Numbered from the stretch's first letter, positions 24,610 through 39,244 are shown. The stretch: 64,000 nt of DNA from Tubulanus polymorphus (GCF_964204645.1 NC_134028.1:6448001-6512000), one strand, 5' to 3'. Notes: generated from the sequence alone by a model not told the origin. A program made the numbers and translations.

Positions 24610-27600
24610 TCACATGGAACAAAGTTGTCTGTACTTAGAAGGGTAATTCATCATAATTTGCGTCATTTTCTGAGTTACCCACAGTATCAATGCACCGTTT
24701 ATCAACTGTAATATCACGACTGCCCAACACAAGTAACACGACCAGGACAGCGAAATAAGCTTCACCTTCACGAGTTCTGATGCGATAGTTTGTGATAGCA
24801 CTTCGTCGTATTCAGAAAACGAAGACACATTTAGGTGCATCAGAATTGCCGTAAACACGCAATAAACACCTGAAATTAATAAGATATCCATTCAAGAATC
24901 ATATACATCATTTTGTGGAAATTTCACGTTACAAAGGAATTTCATGGTACGTATTGTACAGTTCTTGCAATGAGACAATGGATGATGTCCATCATACCAT
25001 GGCCTCTAATACGTTTAAGAGTCCACGATTCTACTAAACGTAAACATTATAATCGTTCCCATATGATCTCGGAATATTCCTTGAAGACTTTTCGAAAATC
25101 TCGGAAAAAGACACGCTTTCGAAGACGATGGTCTTGGTTTCCAAACTATTTCAAGATAATTTCTCGATGAATATCATGCAGTTTAAAACGAATTTGAAAA
25201 AGACTTTCAAATGATTAATTTTTTATGGAAACATTGATGATATGCAAAATCTATGAAACCGGATATAGGCTTAATATAACGTCAGGATTAGATCGTGCTT
25301 TGTTGAATTGTGGTATGAGGGTTTGATGCGATGTCAGCAGCTTTACGCCTGTGTGCTTATGTGTACTTTTTTCGTGTGGAAAAATATCGGAAACCTTGTC
25401 GATTTTTGTGTTAGAAAACATTTACGACTCGCTGAATAGCGTCGTATTCAAAACTACGGGTGGTGAAGTGACAGATTTTCACAATTTTACGCATCAAGTA
25501 TATTAGGCCTATAATCCACACATGTGCTGCAATCTTAGAAAATCATCCTTATATTATCATAGTATCTACGGTAGTTAGAGTTGCCAAAAACTCGTTGAAA
25601 TCCTTTAACATTGATATTCATAGTATATGAAATCTGTGTAGTTATCTTTAACAATATTTAGAATTTTGATGTTGGAGAAAGTGGGAAAGGTTATATGTTT
25701 ACGTGTGAAGAATCCGCACGCGAATACGCCGACTGAATTTCATTGTCAACGAGTTCTTAATTTTGAAGGAAAAGTAATAAATTTGATCAGGAAATAATGA
25801 GACTTTTGTAGGAACGGATATTATACGCTTCTTTTATGGTATCCGTGCGTCTAAAATCAATACGCGTCTGATCTGCACGGCTTCGCCGCGAGGAGTGTCT
25901 TTTAACGACTGTTTCGTGAAAAATTGTGTGAAAAATTGTCTTATCAAAATTGTCTTATCAATCTACATTAAGTATATCATCTTTGTGCGGGAGACTTTTA
26001 TTACGTGTTGTTTTATGGCATCAGTCTGTAAGAAGACGGTAAACACCGGACGACACAACGGTCTATCGATAATTGAGTCATAAAACCTAGCATCAGCAGG
26101 TGCTTGCAGATCACTCATAATGTCAGGAATAAAGACCGTGGAAATGCGTTTTAGTAACGTATTTCATATCAGGCAGTCACTAGCAGGATTCTGGCTTAGT
26201 GTTATGACCGCATATTTTCTATGATGAGCCTTTCCCATCTAAAACATGATGTCTATCTTACCAGTTGCCCTGCCCATTCCATATTCTGTATTCTGAGCAA
26301 GCCCGTGTCGAGTGGGAATTCGGAGGTAGCAAACGAACCCCCTCGAACTTTTCAAGTGCCGTTCGAAAAGTCAGTGTCAAAAAATTCGGGCCAAGATTTT
26401 CGAAATTTCGATACAATTTTCATGTTTTTTTCAATGAAAAGTAATCCATTCTCAAATGATTTATTCACCAGATGTTTAAGATATGTCCTTTTTCAATAGG
26501 AAAGTGCCCGTTTTCACGGTGAAAAAGTACGCTTTATCTTGAAAAACAACTGCCCTAAAAAAAGCTCGGCACGAAGCTACTGTTGATGAAAGCTCGCTTG
26601 GGAACATGGGGAATTTCTACATCACAGATATCCATGCTAATCCAATACTAATAAAATACTAATTTCGGGTTCTTTTGCGTGTCATGGTTCGAGCTCTTCA
26701 TGAGTCCTGTGTGCCACAGACCCTTACCTGCCGCGAGTCCACAGACACCAGATATCATCATTGATACAGCCTGTTGTCTGATCATACCAAATATACACAA
26801 ACTCGTCGATATCACCGAAGCTGCTAATGCGACAATCGCACATACCTCTGCCGACCTCACTAACTCAAATTCCCAAGCTGAAATTAATTGAAAAAAGATG
26901 ATAGTTGATTGAAAATCCCACTGAGCCAGGAATAATCGGCGGAAGAACCAATTCGTAAATTAAAAGAGGAGGTCTTATTCAAACACGAAACAAATATTTT
27001 TACTCCAAAGCTGAGGGTTCCAATTATCAGGAATGCATTACCTGTGCCAGACTTCTTGAAGTATTTTACAGTGATGCCAAAATAATGAAGGCACCTAGTC
27101 GGTCTATTTATATTCAAACTGGCGCGATACTTATCTAAAAAAAGAAACAAGCCAAACGAATTAATAATTGATGCGTAGTTGGTACACATAGAGAAGCTGA
27201 TATCCTATCTGTTTACCGATTTACCGTGGAAAAAGCCCTCAAATGTATCGGTAGAGTAGTCACTCTCTGGCGTGGAGAACCGGTGATAAGTGTGAAACCC
27301 ACTATTTACAAACAAAATGCAAAGGATTAAAAACGAGTTTTGTTTATCAAGAATTAAAACCAAAATTCACGACGGCGTTTCGAACTCTCGCTAGAGATAC
27401 CAGTGATCATCACACAGCTGACGATGATCTTTAGCGACAGTTCGAAACGTCGCCATATATTTTGATTCCAATTTTTTATGAATAGAATTCGTTTTTAATC
27501 TTTGAATTTTGTATTTAGTGAGTTTTACATCCTTATGTGCACGGCATGTATAGGGCGACACTCATGGGCATTGCAGTTCACGCGTCGCGACTATCAACTC

Positions 27601-30552
27601 ATTATGGATTCAACTACCGCCGATTGTAACGGGCAATTAAAACTCCGTATAAGAGCATTTAACGGACGCGTTAATTAGAAATACGAAGCATATTAGATTA
27701 CTTTTATTACCGGCTAATTCAAATGAGTTTCGTCATATAGTTTCGGCGTTGTGTACATTGTTCGCAATATGACACGATTTATGTTTGGATCTATTAAAAT
27801 TCGTCGTTAGATCGGGTGTAAAAATGGGAGTAATTATCGAGACATTTTTGTAAGTAAGTGCTACCGTCTAGGCTTTAATTGTCTAAAACGGGGCACATTG
27901 AAGCGGTTCTATTTCTTTTCCGCGTTTATCGGGAAACTCTCATGTATAGTGTAGTTCATCCCGAATAGAACATGATACATTTTCACCGGGAACGTATTTT
28001 CAAAACAAGGTTCTACGTTCATTTCATATTTGATTATCATATAGCGTATTGTATCGGTGTCCGAGAAAGAAAGATATACTGACATCTTATGAATATTCGA
28101 AACAATATACCAATCGTGATATCTAGGACGATTAACAAATAAATGAATCCATTCTCACAATTTCACCGAATTAACATGTTTTTTTTTATCTTGAATTGGG
28201 ATTGACACTGTTACATATCTAATTGGTATAGATTTCGTTTGATTTTTTGATTTGGTGGCCGGGAGCGAAACAGGGGGTTTGATTTTGAAATCGGAAATCG
28301 AAGTACAGATATGATAGCTGTGTGATCGGGGTCAAAATTAAATAATAAATTACTAATTGGGAAATTCTGACTGAATTAACATGTTTGCACGTAGTGTCTT
28401 CCAATCGTCCCAGAAAACATGCATTGATAAGGAAATGTGAGGTGAAATAGTTACCCAATACAGTTACAACTGTCCAGGACAATGATGTATGTATCAGGTT
28501 GATAGTAGTGTATTGATTCTCGGTTATGATACTCAAGTACTCGATAATTCTTATTCCAGCAATTGAAAGCAGTTGATTAGTGCTTACGAACGTGCACCTG
28601 TACATTCTCGGGAGACTTATCAGTAATTTGATTGTTCTCAGCAACGGTCCACCAATTAAACCGAGTATTGAACAACGCGAATAACTGAATGGCGACAGTC
28701 AAATTTATCTGCAAGACGATGCCCCCGAGTCCCGTATGATATATAATCGGGAATCGAACCCAGTTCAGTCGATATGTTCTGGGAGAGAAGGCAAAGAGAT
28801 ATGATGCGACATTTTGACGAATTTATCTAAGTCGGGGATAGCAAACGAACCTCCTAAAAGTGCCCTTCGAAAAGTCAGTGTCAAAAGATTTTGGTCGAGA
28901 TTTTTCGAAATTTGGATACAATTTTTTGGACAGGTCAAATTACTGCGTGTGAATTGCAACTGGTTCCGGAAGTGACTCACTTTAGTAGCATTTTAAAGTA
29001 TCGAGTGAGCGGTTTGCGCGTGAATGCGTTCTCTAATTAGGTGCGGGCCAAATTTGACTCGGGCCTGATCCATGCCAATCTGGCCCGGGCAGAAATCTGC
29101 TCTCTCCGCGTGGTCATGGCCTGAGCGATGAGTAGTTTTTTTCGTGTGAATTATAGTAAGGAAAAACCCGGTGAAGCGTTATTCGCCTTTACGCGTTATA
29201 TCCATACGGAAACACCTTTCAAACAAACCTTATCTAAACCACTAGACTTAAATCGTAATCCGATGTTTGCGTGGATAACGCATTAAATGCTGTTAGTCGG
29301 TGTGATCAAATATTTATTCTGATTGTTCCAACGGTGAAAAATTTATCATATCGTGGACGAAATTTCAATTTGCTGAACCTGACGGGAGCAATAAAATACG
29401 CATCTTATTAGTGTTTGATGTGTGAATGTCATCAATTGCGTCACTATCGGTGTTTCATTAAGTTCTGTAAAATATATAACAGTTTTGGGAAATTGCATGG
29501 AATTTATACGAATCACTATAGCTTTAAGAATACTGAATTCCACATTCAGTCATGTTTTCTATACTTAAAAGCCGCGATCACACGGCGACGATTTGGTTCG
29601 GGCCAAGTTTGGCCCGCGTCTAATTAGAGAGGGCGTTCACACATAAACCACTTGATACTAACAAGCAAAGCGAGTCACTTCCGGAACCAGTTGCAATTCA
29701 AACGAGGCCTAAATTGGCACGAGCCAAAGGTAGCCTCCTGATAGTGGCTTTGGAACCATCATTTTAGAGTCGGCGAAACATATTATGACCGAATCAACCG
29801 TTTCGCCTTTCGGGATACACGATCAGTCTGTTTTCGCAATCAGACCCATGTTCGTGAGATATATATGTGGGTGGGGTTCATGTTCAATTTAGCTAGAACA
29901 AAGCGGGCGTCTTGGGCGCACTAGTCAATAAGAATTCATGCTAAATGAAAAGAAAATGTTATGGACTCGAGCGATGTTCGCTGATATCGATCCATGGACT
30001 CTAACATGATATAACAAAGGTCTACGTATGGAAAAAATTTTTAAACATGTATTATGTAGTAATAGTTGTAAGTGTAACGTTTCTGTTTGATATTTCCTTT
30101 TGAATTGAAAATGAGCGGATCTAATTTTTTTTTTTAGATGGGTGGGGTTCATTCGAGCGCTTCGAATAAACACCGAAAGTCTGCATGGGCTATATATAAA
30201 TGTTTTGCAACTCTGATGTGGTCATGGGATGGTGACCATCAAAAAATATATGATTAGAGCACTTACCTCCGATACTGTCACATACCCTCCACAATCCACC
30301 GTTCTCCCACAGGGGGAACGTCAATTGCGACGTTTCATTAGGGGATTTGAACCTGATTGTAAAGTAACCGTGCTCGGAACCCGGTTCTATTTTCACTAAG
30401 TCGTAAGTCCGTCGGTTCGGCTGATCGATAACGTTTAAATTGTATTTCAACATCCTCCAATTGTCGCTCAAAAGGGCTGTAAATAACAAAGTCGTACTAA
30501 CGAGGCCCAGAGGAACTGGTAGATAATACTCGGTATTTAACGCCAACGACAT
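24610..30552 (-). CDS. Claudin/PMP22/EMP-superfamily four-TM protein, 4 exons, ~262 aa
   Basis: Exons 30267-30552, 27042-27134, 26728-26877, 24610-24869 (789 nt, all phase-1 junctions). TM1 is followed by W...GLWRVC...C (the claudin ECL1 signature), then three more TMs, with 'LSWSCYLCW' preceding TM4. Confidence 0.8.
27287..27535. mobile_element. Degenerate foldback MITE in the claudin-like gene intron
   Basis: Long imperfect inverted arms, e.g. GGCGTTTCGAACT / AGTTCGAAACGTC and GATTAAAAACGA / TCGTTTTTAATC. Confidence 0.55.
29568..29750. mobile_element. MITE, same family as 1813-2084
   Basis: AAAGCCGCGATCACACGG...GATAGTGGCTTT. An inverted homologue lies at ~28930-29120. Confidence 0.6.
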
Positions 30553-33133
30553 TTCAAATGACTGCTACTGACTTATCGTCTTCCTAAATCATTTACATAT
30601 CCACAACTACACCGAGACATAGCGCGCAAATTTTCACCTCCTTTTTGAAAAAAAACTGAACTCAAAATCGTTCTCTTCGAACTTTCTCGATTTTGTGAAC
30701 TAATGAAAAATATCACATCCTCACGCGACGCCGCGTCGTCCGTCTGAAATCGAACAAATCACTTCCGTTAAAAATGGTCGTCCGTGTTATCCATCTTATT
30801 ATCAGTTCTGAGCGATCTAACGGTGGCGGTTAACGACTTTTAATTCAGCGAGGAAGTACCCTTTAAATATTGCATACCGCACGGTGAAATTCCGTATACT
30901 CACAGCGTTTACGATGCAGCCGCTACCGCGTGCTTTGTCAGAAACAATCGGTAATAATGTATTCAGCCGCACAATCTATAGAATTTCATTGGGATGCAAT
31001 TAAATACCCGAGGTGAATATGATGATATTGTTAATCGATGTATTTTGGCACCGTCATAACTGTGTTCCAGCTGATGCGTCAACAATAGAAAGTCCGACAG
31101 CAGACGAGTTTCAACGAGGAAGACAAATCCTCAATTTCAACGCGAGCCACATTCCGATACCGGCAGCGATAAAATTCCGTGTTCGATTTATTGTTGATAT
31201 TGTTGTTAACGAAAGAAACGTTGAAAACAAGAGGTATACGGATAGCGCTACGACAACTTTGAGGATTGCTGGGTCCACTTGTTCATTTACGGTTCTGTCC
31301 CCACAGTTCAGGTTTATCTATCAACTATTCAGGAATGCTATATATACCCGTGTTGTGACGATTATAAAGAGAATCCCACAATAATGACTAAAAAATCCGA
31401 AAATTCGGAAAAGTTCGTAAATGTTTCCTTGAGCTAGTTTATTCAACGTCTCGACTGAATCCGAATAGAGATTTTCAGGAATACTGGGTTTTTATTCACC
31501 GAGGTTACGCTTCGTCCTCTCAAATAACCATTGAACGCGATCCTAGAACGTATGCATACCAGGTAATACGTGAAATGGGTATATTATATATGTGATATTG
31601 AAAAAAAATCTGTGCACACGAGAACATGCAAAATATCATCAATATTAACGTATATCGTATTTCATGTTAATTCATAGCTATTTATTTCATGGGAGAAATT
31701 GCCGATTAAAAACCATCTGCTTCCCCTTTACTATGTATGAATATAAATGTGTATAATATATATATATATATATGTAAATATGTAGGTCTACATGTTGTAC
31801 CCGTAATGTTATTGACGTTTGACGACTGGGACCACTTGATGTGGCAAAATACATATATATTGAAAATAGGCGATTTGATATTGAAATCCACGTTACCACC
31901 ATCTGAAAGATGTAGAAGTTAATTTCAGTATGAACCGCTTGCACTTGTTGTCCAACGCAGTCGTAATATTTGACGTTTCGGTTGAGTATCGGATTCGGAT
32001 CGTATCATGCTCGTCTGTTTCAAGTATTCTGATAATGTCAACCACCATACCATCTATGATCGCGATTTACGAAATTTTAGGTTGCGCTTTGATGTTTTGG
32101 TCAGGCTCTTTGGGTATGTGTGAAATGGTTTAGAAGCGACGTCGAGCGATATCATTGAATACGCCCTAGTAATAAGGCTAAAAACTGATACCTTGTTGCT
32201 CATTTCTGCTGAATTAACTCGGCTGGTCATCTATCTACCCTGTTCGATACTTTTTTTTTAGATCGTGATCTAACTAACAATAACAGATAATGGTTATAGA
32301 AATTAACTGATTACTAATCTTGTAGCAGTTTACAAAAAAGTGACCAGGTCGATTAGGAGAAACAATGTATTTCTTTTTTTAGCCCTATGACGTGTCTGAT
32401 GGTGACATTTTCGACAGAAACGAGCTGTAGGTCTATTGGTTTAAATGCCGTATCCTCTCGTGTTGATTAGAAATATGTCTGTAAGACTCTTACCTCTGTT
32501 CCGTATCTATTCGTTGATTACAAATATTTCATTCAAAATGTATAGAAATCGCTATAGGTTTGTATGAAAAGCTCTTACTCTAAAAAAGCATTTACTCAGG
32601 GCCTGACAAGAGTCGAAACTTCTGAACTTTGGAAGACTATCAAAAGTGAATAATTTGTTTATAGGGTTAGTGGAGGATAGTTTTTCAAAAAATTTTCATA
32701 CGATATCATGTGAGTAGTAAAAGACAATAGAAAATGGTAAAACTCAGAATTTATAATTCAAATTTTCTTTTAATGTTAACAAAATTCATTTTTCATCTAC
32801 AAACTTGCGGCGTATGACAGCGTAGAAATCATCCAATATTTCGTATACAATATTCATGGCGTTACACAGAACACGTTTAGAACAATACTGGTCGAAAATA
32901 CAATTTTAGCATTAACTCAATATTTCATCATATTTAAGTATATATTTTGCAATGTATACGCGTGTGCAAATCAATATTCATATATTATTCTGTACATTAC
33001 ACTTGTGTTTGAGAGAAAATATTATCTATGACATTTTTTACAGATATTTAGCACCATTTTTGACAAACATAATACACAAATATACATATATACACGTATA
33101 TTTTCAAGTCAAGGCAGAAATATTAGTATATAT

Positions 33134-35713
33134 CTATACGATTGAGATAGTCGACGCAATTTCCCGTCGTTTCGCTACGTTCGTTATATTTTGAAGCGGG
33201 TCTCGTGGCATCTGTACGATCACGTCTTTCGGATGTACCGTTCTGATATCGGTTGCGGTGGTTGCCGTTTTCAATCCGCGGTTTCGTCGCGAGCGCCGGC
33301 GGCCGGAACGAGTCGATAGGGTCGACCGACCAGACGCGCGCGCCCCGTATCGGGAACGACGTGAAGTAGGCGTCGGATAAAATCTATCGTTCGATAGATA
33401 GTTTATACTGTCGCACGAGGAACACCTGGACATCGCAGAACCTGGTCCGCTGACATAACCGCACGATTCCAAAGTTCTCGGCGCTCGCGAAACGTCCATT
33501 CCATTTTTGATACTTTGGCCGGTAGGGGGCGATACAACGGATGCATCGCATGACACGTGACCCTCACGTCGCATGTAGGTTCTGATGAAATTATAAGTTG
33601 CGCAATTGTCATCTAGGGCGTAACTATCGGCGATGGTTCCCGCTAAATTTTGTTTCGCACAAATATCATCGTAAACAGCCGATTTCGGGCGACAAGTATC
33701 GATTTCTTTTACTATAGCAGTTCTCAGATGCGTACTAATATCGTTCAGATTATCGAGATCTTTCACTAATCCGTAGACGATTCGTTCCGATGCGCAACTC
33801 TTGATACTTTTTACGCTACGAAGACTGGCTCGACGTTTCAACTTGGAATTTTTCAGGCTGCGGTTTGTAGCCATACTTTCGTCGAGTTCGTGACCGTGGG
33901 AATGGGGACACGTGCACTGAGGTTCCGGGACGTCGTTTAAAGGTGGACTGCCTTGCGTCGACACTCCGGAGTCGATCGTATTAGGGCTGGATTGCAAGTC
34001 GCTGCTAGGTAGTTGATATTCTGCGCCAGTGTCTCCATACCCGCTATCGTAAATAGGAGTATCTACGAATTCCTGGTCCACCATCAATCGTACCAGTTTC
34101 TGACGAGCGCTGACTACGTGAGTCTGCAGAGATTGAATCGTTACATCTTTCTGCACAAAAAAAAACAATCATAAGTTTTCATGAATTTTGATAAGAATCA
34201 TTTTCATTAACTTCAAAATTCGGTAAAGATGTTCGCGTCGATCAGAGAGATTTTGTATGCGAATACTCCGATACAGTTGCTCCGAGCAGGGCGGTCAAAA
34301 TCGTTATAGATCCTACACATTTAGTTACTTACTGAAGTTAAAGATTTTTTAAGTGCTCTATTCTCTGCTACTAAATGATACATTTCCTCTTCTATTTGTT
34401 CGTAACTTGAGTTTGGCGAACCGAACACTTGTGACGTCAGCGTCACTTTAGAGAACTGATCGGCGCTGCTGTTCTTCCAAGCCAGAATCTACAATATTCA
34501 GATAGACAGGTTAAATAATCTGCAAAAGATTTGCATGAACAATGTGTTGCAAATTAAACATTTTCAATGCGTTACCTTTGGCGTAAATACGAGGAATAAT
34601 GTAACCGTGGTTGATATCCAAACGACTGCAGCAACGAATACGTAAAGAGCATCCGGCCATTGTTGCATCTTCGACGTCACGGCGACGCATGCGCAACCGG
34701 CAATCATGGTCACGTGGCTGCTGATAATGATCGACGACGATTCGCTCATTGCGGGTAGTGTCACGTGACGGATGGACCACGAAAGGTATGTACCGTAAAA
34801 TAACAGCGCCCCCTTGTAGACAATAATACCAGAAAGCCAGGCTGAACTGTATTGACTTCTACACGAGCTCATCGAAATGATATCTTGCATCGGTTCGGAC
34901 GCATTCAACGATATCTGAAATGACATAATGAAATCATATTCGAAATGTGTTTTAAGAATTTCTTCGTGAACGAACTTAAGACGCTAATCATACCTCCAAA
35001 GTGACTTCAAGTGGGTCAAATCCTTGCCACGCTCCTAACACTATAACATCAACGACGACCAGCGTGAAAACTATGCCGATCAGAATTCCATCTTTTATCA
35101 CGATTCGTTTGACGGTTGTATTTCGAAATATGCGATAAACACGCCACGATTTGGCGAACATCGATCCATATAGAAGTGAGAACCCAATGTTTACCATCCA
35201 ACACCAGATCTGAAATATAACAGGAATTATTTTTGTAAATTTGACGTTACAAAGATGGACATGGTACGAAAATTGCATCATACGGTTCAGGGGAAGTGTC
35301 TGCAAACAAGGTATGATTCTTAATTCGTTCGGTCAACTCACCTGACATATAACGCTAGATGACTGAGCGCTGTCTACACTTGTATTCAAACTGTTCAGTC
35401 CATAAACTGAACACGAAAGATAAGCTAATGCGCCCCCTAGTAGCAATAAGAGATTTATATTCGGACTGGACATCTTAATCAGCCTGCAAAATGAAGAGAA
35501 ACGATATGTGAAGATGTGTATCAGTCGTTTCTTCCAATAGCTGAGTACGTCTCCAGGAAAAGTAACGGTTATGTCATCGACAAAGCTTGCTTACCTCAGA
35601 TGTCTGTATCGGCAGTTGAATACTAAAAACAACAGGCAGAAAACAAGTCCAAGCACCGAGAATACAGAAACAACTACAAAACACACCAGCGACGAGTTTC
35701 CTTCGTTTTCCAT
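33134..35713 (-). CDS. GPR156: GABA-B-related class C GPCR with no extracellular Venus-flytrap domain (GPR156-like), 6 coding exons, ~662 aa
   Basis: Exons 35595-35713, 35342-35483, 34994-35209, 34576-34914, 34333-34488, 33134-34150 (1989 nt, in frame). The 7tm_3 motifs are 'RLIKMSSPNIN', 'GFSLLYGSMFAKSWRVYRIF', 'WQGFDPL', 'YKGALLFYGTYL' and 'VFTPK'. A coiled coil and a long Ser-rich tail follow. Only about 8 aa precede TM1. Orthology to GPR156 is inferred from this architecture. Confidence 0.72.
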
Positions 35714-38700
35714 CGTGATCACCTGAAATTATACAATATATTTCAATAATCAAAAACATAACTATTGACAATATTTTGAAGTTTATCCTTTTTTCATTCG
35801 TGAATAGCACCACCAAGCGGCACGAAGCTAAAACAGTTGCGTTCGTGGGGCAAACTCAAAAAACTTCAAAAGATTTCTGAGAATTCTCGAAAACTTATCT
35901 CACTAAGTAGGGGATGGTCTCGAGGTCCGGATCCCTGCTTTCCCATTGAGGTTGTCCTCCTCGTCAGAGATAGTTAAAATCTACAGATTTGACACTCACT
36001 CTATTGGAAATTGAAAATTTTCGGATGTATTTCTTCAAAAAAATATCTAACACCGAGGGTCGGACTCGCTAGTAGCATATGAAAATGTCTTGTCCTCTCG
36101 ACCCCAGCCATCCAATTTCTAGATCTGCCCCTGCTGTTGGATATGAGTGTTCTTGATCTGCTCATGGACTCTAAATCGTTTTATAGTCCATGATCTGCCC
36201 CTTGAGGATGAGTATCACGACCGATCGTGTCAACTTCCGGTCGATAACAACCCTTAATTTACGGGACAGTGAATAGCGGCTAATGCAATCCCAGCTCTCA
36301 ATGATGGCGGACGTTAATTAATTCCTCGTGAGCAAACAATTCCTTATGAATGTCGTACAAAGTTAATCTCATCGCGAAAGGAAGTCGTATTTGAATGTAT
36401 TTGATCAGTCACGAAGAAATCTGACAAAGCAGGATTAGATAACGATCAAGCGAATGTCCGTTTCAGTGTCCGTATATACGGTGTAATTTGTCCGTTTTAA
36501 ATCGCGCGATGAACAACAATGTCCGATGCGTAAGACAGTAGAGATAAGTGTCTTTCGAGATTTAGTAAAACCATATATCTATACCGATGGACTTAAGCAA
36601 CCATGCCCCGTAAGTGTGAGTTGGAAAATGTACATCCAAGTTTCAAACGGATTCTGCACAGCGACAATTTTTTTTTAAATCCCGAATTATATTTGTCTCG
36701 GTTCTAGAAATATGTTTAGAATAAGCAGAAAGTAAACTCACGTATAATTATGGAATATTAACACTCAATTGCAAATGCGTCAGACTGGCATCTACGCAAT
36801 TATCAGGTGAAAATCTCGTGAAAATTAGAACGTGGATGACATTTCAAATTGGAAAATTACGGCCATTGTGTTTTGAGGCGTCAAGCTGTGAAAGTGGTTT
36901 TGGCGATTTTCGAACAGTAAAACCTAGTTATTTCAAGTTGATGAATCACATTTTGTCTGTTTATCAGTTTTTGAATAACTCTATAAGGCATCATATCTAA
37001 GAGTACATTAAAATGTAAAAACCCTGATGTGCCTCGTAGGCCAAATCTTGGCCGGTCGGTTTAGTTTAATTTTCTCTATGCAATTTATAATAATGTAATA
37101 TGTAAACGAACCGAGTTGCACAAAAAAATTAATCATGACAATAATATGAAAGCGTGGTAAGAAATCTGCTAAACAAAGGTCACATTTATTTGAAATATTC
37201 AAAAATGTCAAGCGAGTTATAGATTCCGTTATATCGGCGATTAAAGGTCGAATTTAGAATAAGTACAGGGTTTAACAAATTGACGACTGATAGTTATGAC
37301 ATAAATGTGTGAATAAGCCAGGTGGTCAGTGGAAGTAAAACACCTCGTCATTGTGAAGTCACACTTATACCTTTCACACTTAACCGTAGAAGAAAGAATG
37401 CACCTGGTCAAAATCGTATGACCACAATTGATTACGATGCAAACTCCAGAGGATTTCCTTTCGAATTAAGGGGTTCTTCGCGGGTTTTGTGACCCATTGT
37501 CTACATAATGCAAACACAATTCGTTGAACGTTTTTGAAAGGATACTTCTTTAACACGCTGACATTCATTGATTTCGTTCGACACATTTTCTATTCAGTTG
37601 CATCAGATTGAATTAGATGATCGGCAATTTTAACCAGACGTCAGTAAACATTTATTTCGTAAGAGTCTGATGATTAATTTCGCACAAAGGACGATATGAG
37701 TTTGAGGGTTTTCCGATAGCAGGTATGAATCGATAACTAATAGAATGAACCCGATGACTGAAATAATAGAAAGCTATTCTTCGACCTGTCTCATTCCTAA
37801 GCTGCTTTGCGGGTTAATTCGCGCACTCAAAAACAGATTTCAAAATCGTCTGGCCACAAATGGTGGAGTATTGAAGATGGCAACGTATTCGTGGTACCGT
37901 GCCCGAATTACCATTAGCAGCCAACACACGCGCTGAAGTACGCCTGGCATTCATCAGTGTAAATAACTGCTGTCAGTCGAGGTACGATTAAATTTCAGAT
38001 GAAGAGTTAAAAATAGAGGCTCATTACCAATCAATTTTCACATAATTACCACACAAACGCGTTCACTGGTCAATATTGAAATTGAGCAACGACCCCGAGA
38101 TAAGTTTTGCTAGTTTCAGACAGGAAAAACCTTTTCGTTCGTGTTGACCTAGAATTTTACCAATTCATATTTAGCCGTAGTCTTCGTAAAGAATCGAAGT
38201 TAGTGCTGTGTTCGACCTAAACGAATTCTATAAAATCGTTCAAATTGTGTTCGGCCTTGATAAATTCAGGCGAATATCTTCAGGTCATAATTCAAAAGAT
38301 TCATATCTCGTGTATACCATTCATTCACTTCCATATACTGCAGGCGCAGCTGCTTTTATAGGAAAGGTTTTTCAATCGCGTGGCATTTTATGAAAAAAAA
38401 ACCTATAAGAACCGTGTTAGTACCGGACAAAAAAACCACCCCAGGGGTGATCCTAATATTCTATAGTATAGTGACCTCTTCTATAACCAAACTAAAGAAA
38501 CTCGACTCGGCACCCCTGTTTAGCCGGAAGTTAAAGATTACGTTTCTGTGAAGAGACTACGGTACTTGTATAAAACTTGTACTTTTGGCGACGTACAAAC
38601 ATTCCGATATAGTTTCAATGTAACATTCATCGAGGAAATGCAAAAAATGGTGCGTCGAAGTGTCGAATAAATCAAACGTCAGTGTCTTAATCGATACATA

Positions 38701-39244
38701 CATATGCAAACTTGAAGCAAATGCGTCAGGTCATTATTTCAGTTGGAATAATTATGAAATGTTACTGGTTTTCGCGAGTTGATATGATTACGAATTGCTT
38801 GAATGGCACAACACGCATTCACCGCTGCATTGTTGATCACTTTAACCAATATTTGAATTATCGATCTTGTTATCACACAACGCAATTAACTCGACGTATA
38901 AAACAATAGTTCTGTTGACGAGTTATATTACAGAATTAACAGTTTTTGTTTACACTTTCTGCGCTGTGTTTTACGCGTATTCGAGTCAATATTGTTTAGT
39001 CAATATACATCAGGATTAAGCAATTTCGTTAGACAAAGCCGCGCTCACGCCTGGATATCACGTCCCGGAGATGATAATAATTACTGCAACGATAACAGTG
39101 TTTGTACCACGTGATTAACTAACAAACGATAACGAACCAATAGGCTTATTGATTTATCAACTGATTGGTGTGCTCGAAGTCCTTTCGAAAAAGGAAAGCG
39201 TTGCTAGATTTTGAAAAATGTCAGCAAAAAAACGACGCGTTATC

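Noticed and set aside
31013-31384. 123-aa plus-strand ORF
   Set aside because: It has a GTG start, no recognisable motif and no splice-consistent partners. It lies between the claudin-like promoter and the GPCR 3' region and is likely non-coding.
35574-35816. ORF-track frame (GDHDGKRRKLVAG...) as the GPCR N-terminus
   Set aside because: Only the alternative frame starting at ATG 35713 gives TM1 and splices in phase into 'RLIKMSSPN'.
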